Source of the DNA: Betaproteobacteria bacterium
GTDB taxonomy: Bacteria; Pseudomonadota; Gammaproteobacteria; Burkholderiales; SG8-39
Reading direction: 5' to 3'
NCBI GenBank assembly: GCA_031391655.1
Contig: JANMUO010000306.1
Coordinates: forward strand, 1-57,796
DNA length: 57,796 bases
Positions within the stretch are counted from its first letter, which is position 1, and every line of letters starts with the position of its first letter. The position numbers and the translations under genes were made by a program. Of this stretch, positions 45,205 to 53,033 are shown in pieces. A model generated the notes under the pieces. That model had not been told where the DNA came from and made no database searches. It saw only the letters and a program-made list of their open reading frames with translations.

Positions 45205-46437
45205 ATGGCGCACAGGGAAGTACCGGTCGAGCAGCTCGAGTTCGGCATGTTCGTCGCCAGGCTCGATCGGCCCTGGACCGAGACGCCGTTCGTGTTCCAG
45301 GGCTTCGTGCTGAAGACCGAGCAGCAGCTCGTCGCGCTGAAGAAATACTGCAAGACGGTCTACGTCGACCCGGAGAAGATGGAAGTGGTGGTGGCGCCCA
45401 GGCTCCTCAGCCTGCCGCCGTCGGCGCGCTCGGTCATCGCCGAGCAGTCCAAGGAGAAGGTGCGCGGCAGTGTGGTGTACAGGGAGCTCGCCTCGGTGGA
45501 GGACGAGCTGCCGCGCGCGCGCACCGTGTTCACGCAGACCACGTCGGTGGTGCAGTCCATGTCGCGCGCGGTGATCTCCGGCAACGCGCTCGATGGCGGC
45601 CGCGCCAGGCAGGCCGTGACCGAAATCACCGACAGCGTGGTGCGCAACCCCGACGCCATGATGCTGCTGGTGACGATGCGCGAGCGCGCCGAGCAGACCC
45701 TCAACCGCTCCACCCAGGTATCGGTGTACATGACCGTCTTCGGACGCTTCCTGCAACTGGAGCGCGAGCGCCTGGAACTGCTTGGCCTCATCGGCCTGCT
45801 GCAGGACGTGGGCATGTTGAAGCTCCCGCCGGGCATGCCGGCCCGGCGCAGCGACCTCGATGGCGCGGAGGAAGAAGTGTTCAAGACCCACGTCACCCAC
45901 AGCGTGGAGATCCTCTCCCAGACCGCCGGCCTGCCCCCGGAGCTGCCCGGCCTCGCCTCGCTGCACCACGAGCGCTACGACGGCAGCGGCTACGCGCGCG
46001 GCCTGAAGGGCAGCGCCATCTCGCAGACCGGCGCCATCGCCGGCATCGTCGACACCTTTGACATGCTCACCGCGCCCGCGCCCTACGGCATGCAGATGCC
46101 GCCCTCCAACGCGCTCAACGTGCTGTTCATGAACCGCGGCACCCAGTTCCACGCCGCGCTGGTGGAGCAATTCATCCAGTGCGTGGGCGCCTTCCCGGTG
46201 GGCAGCGTGGTGGAGCTGAACACCGGTGAAGTGGGCGTGGTGATCACGCAGAACCTGGTCAAGCGCCTGCAGCCGCGCGTGATGGTGGTGCAGGACGCCC
46301 GCGGCAACCCGATCCACCCGCACAAGATCCTCGACCTGGTGAAGGAGCCGATGGCCACGCCGGAGGAGCCCTACCGCATCCGCCGCACCCTCGACCAGAC
46401 CACCGTGATGATCGACACGCGAGAGCTGTTCCTGTGA
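45205..46437 (+). CDS. DUF3391 + HD-GYP-like domain protein with degenerate catalytic motifs
   Basis: Distal 410 aa of track ORF 43756..46437. The N-terminus is VPVEQLEFGMFVARLDRPWTETPF. The HD-GYP region reads LLQDVGMLKLP (QD in place of HD) and HHERYDGSGYARGL (GYA in place of GYP). Confidence 0.8.
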   Translation: MAHREVPVEQLEFGMFVARLDRPWTETPFVFQGFVLKTEQQLVALKKYCKTVYVDPEKMEVVVAPRLLSLPPSARSVIAEQSKEKVRGSVVYRELASVEDELPRARTVFTQTTSVVQSMSRAVISGNALDGGRARQAVTEITDSVVRNPDAMMLLVTMRERAEQTLNRSTQVSVYMTVFGRFLQLERERLELLGLIGLLQDVGMLKLPPGMPARRSDLDGAEEEVFKTHVTHSVEILSQTAGLPPELPGLASLHHERYDGSGYARGLKGSAISQTGAIAGIVDTFDMLTAPAPYGMQMPPSNALNVLFMNRGTQFHAALVEQFIQCVGAFPVGSVVELNTGEVGVVITQNLVKRLQPRVMVVQDARGNPIHPHKILDLVKEPMATPEEPYRIRRTLDQTTVMIDTRELFL

Positions 46438-48200
46438 CAGAGGCGCCTGACCGCGCCGCGATCAGCCACCTGATGCAGGAATTCAGCCTCGGCGACGAGG
46501 CCATCGCCGCGCTGAACGAACTCGGCGCCTCGCTGCACCACAGCGCGCCGGAGGCGGTCTCCGCGGCGCGCGGCGAGAGCGTCCTGTCGGGCGCGGCTTC
46601 GGCCTTCTTCCTGCCGCTGCTGCCCGCCGGCATGTCCGAGCCGCAGAAGGCGCTGGTGGCCGCGCTGGCGGGCGGCGCACTGGCGCGCGAGTCGCTGCGC
46701 GACTTGCTGCTCGACTGGTCGGCCTCGCTCAACCCGGAGGAGCCCGCCGAACGCGCGCGGCGCGACTGCCTGCCGCTGCAGGCGCTGCTGCGCAGCGGGG
46801 CGATGCGCATGTTCAGCGGCGACGCCACGCGCTGCGAGGCGGCGCTCGCTGCTGCGGAGCGGCTCGCCGCCGCGCAGCTTGCGCTGATGGCCATGGTCGG
46901 CGTGCGCGGCGCGCACGCGCGCGGCGCGGCGGCGTCCGGGGAGTCCGGTCAGGGCGGCTTCATGGCGCGCCTGGATGCCAGCCTCGCCCAGCGCCTCGCC
47001 GATGGACAGCAGCTTGCGCTGCTGTTTGTGGACTGCGGCATCGTGCGCCGCATCGACGGCGTCTGGGGCTACCTGGTGGGCGACGGCGTGCGCGACCGGC
47101 TGGGCGCGCGCCTGCGCAACGAAGTGCTGCGCGAGACCGACCTGCTGGGCAACCCGGGCCGCGACGAGTTCGCCTGCGTGCTGGCGACCGTGCAGAGTGC
47201 GGGCGTCGCGGTGGTGGCGGCCGAAAAGATCCTGCGCACGCTGGATGCGCCGCTGTGGGTGGACGTGGACGAGGTATTCGCGCGCCCGGCCGTGGGCATC
47301 GCCGTGTATCCCGAGCACGGCGACAATGCCGTGAGCCTGCTGCAGCGCGCGCGCACCGCGAGCAACGCGGCGCGCGAGCGGCCCGAGCGCTTCGCCGTGT
47401 ACGCCGCCGAGCAGGAGCGCGACGAGGCCGAGCTCCTGCTCTATGAAAACCGCCTGCGCGCGGCGATCGCGCAAGATGCGCTGGACATCGTGTTCCAGCC
47501 GCAGGTGGACCTGCGCTCGGGACTCATCGTCGGCGCCGAGAGCCTGCTGCGCTGGCGCGACAGCGACCTCGGGAGCGTGCCGGTGCAAAAGGCGATCGCC
47601 GCCGCCGAGTCCGCCGGCCTGGTGAACGAAGTGACGCTGTGGCTGGTGAACGGCGCACTGCGCAACTGCCGCGAGTTCCGCGACGCCGCAGGCCTGGACC
47701 TGCGCGTCGGGGTGAACCTGTCGGCGCGCAGCCTGCGCCAGGCCGACCTGACGGACTTCGTCGCCAGCGCGCTGAAGACGTGGAACCTGCGTCCCAGCCG
47801 GCTCGCGCTGGAGATCACCGAGACCGAGATCCTGGCGCGCAGCCTCGAGTCGGTGGAGACGCTGCAGGGCCTGCGCGCTGCCGGCGTGCGCCTGTGCCTC
47901 GATGACCCCGGCGCGGGCTATGCTTCGCTCGCCTGGCTCGCCACGCTGCCGTTCCACGAGCTGAAGATCGACCTGGCGTCCATCGGCAACATCGTCGAAG
48001 TGCCGCAGAAGCTCGCGCTGGTGCATTCCCTCATCGAGCTCGCGCACCGGCTCAAGCTGGAAGCGGTGGTGGCCGGCGTCGAGGACGAGGCCACCGCGGC
48101 GAAACTGAAGGACATGCGTTGCGACATCATGCAGGGGCCGTTTGTCGGCGCGCCGCTCGCCGCGGCGGATTTCGTCAAGCAGCACCGCGCGGATCAATAA
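46434..48200 (+). CDS. GGDEF-EAL tandem domain protein, both domains degenerate
   Basis: 588 aa from a GTG start, with a GTGA overlap on the upstream stop. The GGDEF site reads RETDLLGNPGRDEF, so the I-site is kept and the A-site is GRDEF. The EAL domain reads ESLLRW, EITETE, DDPGAGYASL, KID, VVAGVEDE and QGP. Confidence 0.85.
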   Translation: MTEAPDRAAISHLMQEFSLGDEAIAALNELGASLHHSAPEAVSAARGESVLSGAASAFFLPLLPAGMSEPQKALVAALAGGALARESLRDLLLDWSASLNPEEPAERARRDCLPLQALLRSGAMRMFSGDATRCEAALAAAERLAAAQLALMAMVGVRGAHARGAAASGESGQGGFMARLDASLAQRLADGQQLALLFVDCGIVRRIDGVWGYLVGDGVRDRLGARLRNEVLRETDLLGNPGRDEFACVLATVQSAGVAVVAAEKILRTLDAPLWVDVDEVFARPAVGIAVYPEHGDNAVSLLQRARTASNAARERPERFAVYAAEQERDEAELLLYENRLRAAIAQDALDIVFQPQVDLRSGLIVGAESLLRWRDSDLGSVPVQKAIAAAESAGLVNEVTLWLVNGALRNCREFRDAAGLDLRVGVNLSARSLRQADLTDFVASALKTWNLRPSRLALEITETEILARSLESVETLQGLRAAGVRLCLDDPGAGYASLAWLATLPFHELKIDLASIGNIVEVPQKLALVHSLIELAHRLKLEAVVAGVEDEATAAKLKDMRCDIMQGPFVGAPLAAADFVKQHRADQ

Positions 48201-48215
48201 CGAGAAGGAGGAGGC

Positions 48216-49172
48216 ATGTTGAAACGTTTGGTTGCGATCCTGGCAGCGCTGCCGCTGGCGGCCGCCGCGCAGACCTATCCGTCCCAGACGGTGAAGATCA
48301 TGGTCGGCTTTCCGCCCGGCGGCACCACCGACGTGATCGGGCGCCTGGTGGCCCACGAGCTCTCCGAGCAGTACGGCAAGCCTTTCGTGGTGGAGAACCG
48401 CGGCGGTGCGAGTGGCACCATCGGCACGGGCCTTGTTGCGAAGGCGGCCCCTGACGGCCACACGCTGATCGTGGTGCCGAGCACGCACGGCACCGCGCGC
48501 GCGCTGTATGCCACGCTACCCTACGAGGAGTCGGACCTTGCGCCCGCCGGGCTGATCGCCAGCACGCCCTATGTCTTCGTGGTGCACCCGGACATGCCGG
48601 TGAAGACCTTCGGCGAACTGATCCAGCTCCTGAAGAAGGAACCCGGCAAGCACAACTACGCCTCCACCAGCCCCGGCACCGCGCAGCACCTGGGCGGCGA
48701 GCTGGTGAAGAAGATGGCGGGCGTGGACATGGTGCACATCGCCTACAAGGGGACCGGCGCGGTGATGCCTGATCTGCTGTCAGGCCGCGTGCCGATGATG
48801 TTCGAGAACCTCGCGGTGATGACCCCGCACATCCGCAAGGGCTCACTGCGCCCCCTTGCGGTGTCGAGCGCCCGGCGCACGCCGCTGATGCCCGACGTGC
48901 CCACGGTGGCCGAGACCGGCATGGGGCTGGACGCCTTCGAGGTGCTGGGCTGGTTCGCGGTGCTCGCGCCGGCAAAGACGCCGCCGGAAGTCCTGCGCAG
49001 CCTGAACGCGGAACTCAACCGCATGATCACCAAGCCGGCGATCGTCGCGCGCTTCGCCGAGCTGGGCGCCGAACCCCTGGGCGGCACGCCGGAGCGCGCC
49101 GCGTCCTACATGCGCGAGGAGCAGGATCGCTGGGGCCGCATCATCCGCGACGTCGGCATCAAGATCCAATAG
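48216..49172 (+). CDS. Bug family (TctC-like) periplasmic substrate-binding protein
   Basis: 318 aa with RBS GGAGGAGG. It has a signal peptide, then YPSQTVKIMVGFPPGGTTDVIGR...VENRGGASG. Confidence 0.9.
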   Translation: MLKRLVAILAALPLAAAAQTYPSQTVKIMVGFPPGGTTDVIGRLVAHELSEQYGKPFVVENRGGASGTIGTGLVAKAAPDGHTLIVVPSTHGTARALYATLPYEESDLAPAGLIASTPYVFVVHPDMPVKTFGELIQLLKKEPGKHNYASTSPGTAQHLGGELVKKMAGVDMVHIAYKGTGAVMPDLLSGRVPMMFENLAVMTPHIRKGSLRPLAVSSARRTPLMPDVPTVAETGMGLDAFEVLGWFAVLAPAKTPPEVLRSLNAELNRMITKPAIVARFAELGAEPLGGTPERAASYMREEQDRWGRIIRDVGIKIQ

Positions 49173-49174
49173 CC

Positions 49175-50131
49175 ATGCGCCTCCTCGCTTCGTTCTGCGC
49201 CCTCCTCCTCAGTGGCGGCGTGCTCGCGCAGGCGGGCTATCCGCGCAAGCCCATCCTCATGCTGGTGCCGCTGCAGGCGGCGAGCGCGGTGGACAACGCC
49301 GCGCGCGTCGTCGCGCAGAAGATGTCGGAGAACATGGGCCAGGCGATCGTGATCGAGAACCAGCCCGGCGCCGCCGGCCTGATCGGCGCCGAGCGCGTGG
49401 CAAAGGCAGCCCCCGACGGGTACGTGATCGGTGGCTTCAACGACAGCATCATGACCATGTTGCCCAACGTGCACGCAAAGATGCCCTGGGACATCCTGCG
49501 CGACTTCGAGCCGGTGTCGCTGGTGGCGACGATGGAGTGGGCGCTGGTCGTGCCGCCCAACTCGCCCTACCGCAGCGCGGCGGACCTGATCGCCGCGGCG
49601 AAAGCGAAGCCGGGCGTGCTCAACTACTCCTCCGGCGGCAACGGCAGCCCGCAGCACGTGGCGATGGAACTGTTCAAGTCGCGCGCCGGGATCTTCATGA
49701 CCCACATCCCCTATCGCGGGGCGGCGGCCGCCGCGGTGGACACTGCGGCGGGCCAGGTGGACGCGAGTTTCTCCGGCATGCCGACGGTGTTCTCGATGAT
49801 CAAGGGCGGCAAGGTGAAGCTGCTCGGCGTCGCGAGCCCGGCGCGCTCTTCACTGTTCCCGGAGGCGCCCGCGGTGGGAGAGGCGCTGCCCGGCTACGTC
49901 TTCAACTCCAACTTCAGCGTGGTGGCACCAGCGGGCACGCCGAAGGACATCATCGCGCGGCTGAATGCGGAGATCGCGAAGGCCGCCAACGCGCCCGACG
50001 TGCGCGAGAAACTCGTCGCGCAGGGCTTCACGGTGAACGCCACCTCGCCCGAGGAGCTGGCGCGCTTCACGCGCGAGCAGCTCGGGCGCTACGCGACGCT
50101 ATTCAAGCAGGCGGGGATCCGCGCGGACTAG
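49175..50131 (+). CDS. Bug family (TctC-like) periplasmic substrate-binding protein, divergent
   Basis: 318 aa with a signal peptide, then YPRKPILMLVPLQAASAVDNAARV...IENQPGAAG...YSSGGNGSPQH. It starts 3 nt after the previous Bug gene. Confidence 0.85.
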   Translation: MRLLASFCALLLSGGVLAQAGYPRKPILMLVPLQAASAVDNAARVVAQKMSENMGQAIVIENQPGAAGLIGAERVAKAAPDGYVIGGFNDSIMTMLPNVHAKMPWDILRDFEPVSLVATMEWALVVPPNSPYRSAADLIAAAKAKPGVLNYSSGGNGSPQHVAMELFKSRAGIFMTHIPYRGAAAAAVDTAAGQVDASFSGMPTVFSMIKGGKVKLLGVASPARSSLFPEAPAVGEALPGYVFNSNFSVVAPAGTPKDIIARLNAEIAKAANAPDVREKLVAQGFTVNATSPEELARFTREQLGRYATLFKQAGIRAD

Positions 50132-50634
50132 GGCGTTCCGATGAAGTCGGTCTTGCCCAGCTCGACGCCGTTGTGCCGCAGGATGTTGTAGGCGGTGACG
50201 ACGTGGAAGTAGAAGTTGGGCTGCGCGAAGCCGAGCAGGTACTGCATGCCGGCATAGGTCACCTCTCGCGCGCGCATCTTGAGCACGATGGTTTTTTCCT
50301 CCGACCCGTCCAGCTGCGCGGGTTTGAACGACTCGACGAACTCCACCGTCCTGGCGATGCGCGCCTTCAATTCCTCGAAGGTCTTCTCGACGTCCTCGTG
50401 CTTGGGGATCTCCACCCCGGCCAGCCGCGCCACCGCCCCCTTGGCCGTGTCGCAGGCGATCATGACCTGGCGCGTGAAGGGCAGCATGTCGGGGTACAGC
50501 CGGAAGGAGGTGAGCACCAGCGGGTCGATTTTCTTCGCATCGCAGTGCGCCTGCGCCTTGTCGAGCAGGGCGGAAAGGTTCTTCAGGATATTGGCGAAGC
50601 GCGGCGCGCTCGCGTGGTACATCGAAATGGTCAT
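50128..50634 (-). CDS. DUF1993 family protein
   Basis: Track ORF 50128..50670 trimmed to the ATG at 50634 (RBS AAGGAGAA). The sequence reads MTISMYHASAPRFANILKNLSALLDKAQAHCDAKKIDPLVL...PNFYFHVVTAYNILRHNGVELGKTDF. Confidence 0.85.
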   Translation of the reverse strand: MTISMYHASAPRFANILKNLSALLDKAQAHCDAKKIDPLVLTSFRLYPDMLPFTRQVMIACDTAKGAVARLAGVEIPKHEDVEKTFEELKARIARTVEFVESFKPAQLDGSEEKTIVLKMRAREVTYAGMQYLLGFAQPNFYFHVVTAYNILRHNGVELGKTDFIGTP

Positions 50635-50731
50635 AGGCTTTCTCCTTGCGCCGCATTCTAGCTGACGCATCCGTCAGCGGATTTCCCGCCGCCACCCGGT
50701 GTTAGCTTGTCCACCACCAATGGAGAACGCC

Positions 50732-51340
50732 ATGGCCCTGCACCGCCTGCTTGCCCTGCTCCTGCTCACCTCCTTCGCAACAGCGCTGCATGCGCAAAGC
50801 GCGCCGCCCGTGCGCGTGCGCGGCCAGATCGAGGCCGTGGACGGTGCCAACCTGGTCGTGAGATCGCGCGACGGCGAACGCCTCAACATCCGCCTGGCCG
50901 ACACCGCGGGCGTGTCCGGCGTGGTCATGGGCTCGCCGGCCGACCTCGTGCCGGGCAGGTACATCGGCGCCGCCACGCTGGGCGAGCGCGAGGGTTCGCT
51001 GGTGGCGCTCGAGGTGTTGCTGTTCCCCGAGGCGATGCGCGGCGCCAACGAGGGCCACTACGCCTGGGACCTCAAGCCGCAGAGCATGATGACCAACGCC
51101 ACCGTCGCCGACGTGTCGGCCGCGGCCGACGGCCACACGATGCTGCTCAAGTACAAGGACGGCGAGCGCAAGGTCCTCGTGCCCGCGGGCACGCCGATTG
51201 TCACCTTCGTGCCGGCCGACCGCAGCGCGATCGTGCCGGGCGCCTGGTGCTTCATCGGCGCCGCGCAGCGCCAGCCCGACGGCAGCCTGCTCGCGATGCG
51301 CATCGCGGTCGGCCTGAATGGGGTCGTCCCGCCCATGTGA
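50732..51340 (+). CDS. Hypothetical periplasmic protein
   Basis: Track ORF 50699..51340 trimmed to the ATG at 50732 (RBS GGAGAA). It has signal peptide MALHRLLALLLLTSFATALHAQS and GC3-rich codons. I recognise no motif. Confidence 0.6.
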   Translation: MALHRLLALLLLTSFATALHAQSAPPVRVRGQIEAVDGANLVVRSRDGERLNIRLADTAGVSGVVMGSPADLVPGRYIGAATLGEREGSLVALEVLLFPEAMRGANEGHYAWDLKPQSMMTNATVADVSAAADGHTMLLKYKDGERKVLVPAGTPIVTFVPADRSAIVPGAWCFIGAAQRQPDGSLLAMRIAVGLNGVVPPM

Positions 51341-51387
51341 CATTGTGGCGCGCAGCCCCGGCGTCCGGCCGGTGATACTCTGCCGCC

Positions 51388-52218
51388 ATGAAATCCCCCT
51401 CTTCGCTATACGACCCCGCGGTTGCGCTCGCCTTTTTCCGCTCCGGCGGCAAGGCCGAGCGGTACGAACCGGGCGCCACCATCTTCCGCGAGCACGAGAA
51501 GTCGCGCCCGATCCTGCTGCAGCGCGACAAGATGTACTACGTGTACGACGGCGAAGTGAGCCTGGTGGCGAAGAAGAAGATCATCGGCCGCGTGATGCAG
51601 GGCGAAGTGTTCGGCGAACTCGCCTCGATCACCCACGCGCCGCGCACCGCCGGCGCGGTGGCGAAGACCGCCTGCCGCGTCATCTCTCTCGATGACCGCG
51701 AGTTCGAAGCCGCGCTGATGAAGCACCCCGGCTTCGCGCTGATGCTGATGAGCGTGATGGTCGGCCGCCTGCGCCAGGTGATCGCGGCGCTGCGCGACGA
51801 GGGCAAGCTCTCGGTGAGCAACGAGGCGCGGCAGGCCGCGGTGTTCGACAAGCGCCAGCTCGCCGACCTGGTGCAGGGACTGGCCAACGACCCGCCGATC
51901 TATTTCGACAAGGGTGCGATGGTGATCAAGGAAGGTTCCACCGGCGTGCGCATGTACACCGTGCTCGAGGGCCGCGTCGCGGTCACCATCGAGGGCAGCA
52001 TGGTGGAGCGCATCGGGCCGGGCGGGGTGTTCGGCGAAGCGGCGCTCCTTGACCAGTCGACGCGCCTGGCGAGCGTGCAGGCGCAAACCGATTGCGCGCT
52101 GCAGCCGATCGGGCGCACCGCCTTTCTCGAGCTGGTGAAGGTGAGCCCCGCGTTCGCGGAAAAAATGCTGCGCGGCCTCGCCGAGCGGCTGCGCCTGCTC
52201 ACAGAGCGCCTGAAGTAA
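51388..52218 (+). CDS. Protein with two tandem cyclic nucleotide-binding (CAP_ED) domains and no output domain
   Basis: 276 aa. Domain 1 has FGELASITHAPRTAGAVA. Domain 2 has FGEAALLDQSTRLASVQA. Both carry the FGE...R(T/L)A phosphate-binding cassette. Confidence 0.8.
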   Translation: MKSPSSLYDPAVALAFFRSGGKAERYEPGATIFREHEKSRPILLQRDKMYYVYDGEVSLVAKKKIIGRVMQGEVFGELASITHAPRTAGAVAKTACRVISLDDREFEAALMKHPGFALMLMSVMVGRLRQVIAALRDEGKLSVSNEARQAAVFDKRQLADLVQGLANDPPIYFDKGAMVIKEGSTGVRMYTVLEGRVAVTIEGSMVERIGPGGVFGEAALLDQSTRLASVQAQTDCALQPIGRTAFLELVKVSPAFAEKMLRGLAERLRLLTERLK

Positions 52219-52693
52219 GCAGCTGTCGCCGCCAGGCGGCGCAGCGCGCCTGCGCCGTGCGCCCCAGCGCGTAGTAGCAGGGGTGCGGGGTGACCAGCGC
52301 GTCCTCCCGGCCAAGCGCATTGGCGCGGTAGCTCGACCAGCGGTAGTCGGCGGGACGCTCCACCAGCCCCGCCCGCACCGGATTGAGCTCGATGTAGCGC
52401 ATGCAGTGCAAGAGGTACCTCGCCACCACCACCGGCGTGGCGTCGAACTCCCGTGCCCCAAGCGCGCGCAGCAATGTGCTGGCGCCGTTCGCGCGCGCCG
52501 GCGTCGCCAGCAGGTGCACGTGGTTGCCCATCAGGACGTAGGCATGCACGGGGCATTCGAGTCCCGCAGAGAACTCCTGCAGGCGCGTCAGGTAGGCGAG
52601 CCGGTCTTCTTCGCCGCCAAGGCAGGCCTCGCGCCCGCGCTGCACGAGGTGCAGCGCCACGCGGGGCTGCTGCGGACAGGCGAGGCGGGCCAT
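52199..52693 (-). mobile_element. RayT/IS200-like Y1 (HUH) transposase remnant, probably inactive
   Basis: 164 aa with the HUH motif in VHAYVLMGNHVHLLATP and the family signature RYIELNPVRAGLVERPADYRWSS. The segment between them (LGAREFDATPVVVARYLL) is about 20 aa shorter than I recall for the family and lacks the GxLWxGR(F/Y) catalytic-Tyr region. Confidence 0.6.
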
Positions 52694-52733
52694 GCCCCGA
52701 GCAACGTCCCGGGGACAGGGACGGTTGACGGAC

Positions 52734-52958
52734 CTAGGTGCCGCCCGGCCCTTCGGCGACGTAGCCGTTGGCTACCAGCTGCTCAAGCATCTTCGTGGCG
52801 TTCGCCATCGACTCGAACTTCTTCAGCAGCTCGGCGGCCGAGGCCTTGCCGTTCACCACGATCAGCAGGGTGCGCGAGCGCTGGTCGAGCTTGTACCTGC
52901 GCGTCTCGAGCTCCTCCAAGCCCTTGGCCGTCTTGGACAGCACTGCTTGCAGATTCAT
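52734..52958 (-). CDS. Small hypothetical protein (74 aa)
   Basis: Track ORF 52734..53021 trimmed to the ATG at 52958, which is preceded by GGGAGGGGG. The sequence MNLQAVLSKTAKGLEELETRRYKLDQRSRTLLIVVNGKASAAELLKKFESMANATKMLEQLVANGYV uses GC3-rich codons. Confidence 0.55.
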   Translation of the reverse strand: MNLQAVLSKTAKGLEELETRRYKLDQRSRTLLIVVNGKASAAELLKKFESMANATKMLEQLVANGYVAEGPGGT

Positions 52959-53033
52959 CGGCACCCCCTCCCAAGTCTGCCAATCACACGCCGGGGAGTC
53001 TACAATCTCCGCACCATCCACGGAGGGGAACCC

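Noticed and set aside
46371-48488. 705-aa minus-strand ORF; similarly 55720..57108 (462 aa), 43756..45204 and 36045..37616
   Set aside because: They are antisense or upstream extensions of well-supported genes (GGDEF-EAL, ppk2/tctA, the kinase and the MipA-like OMP). They have no motifs and appear only because stop codons are rare.
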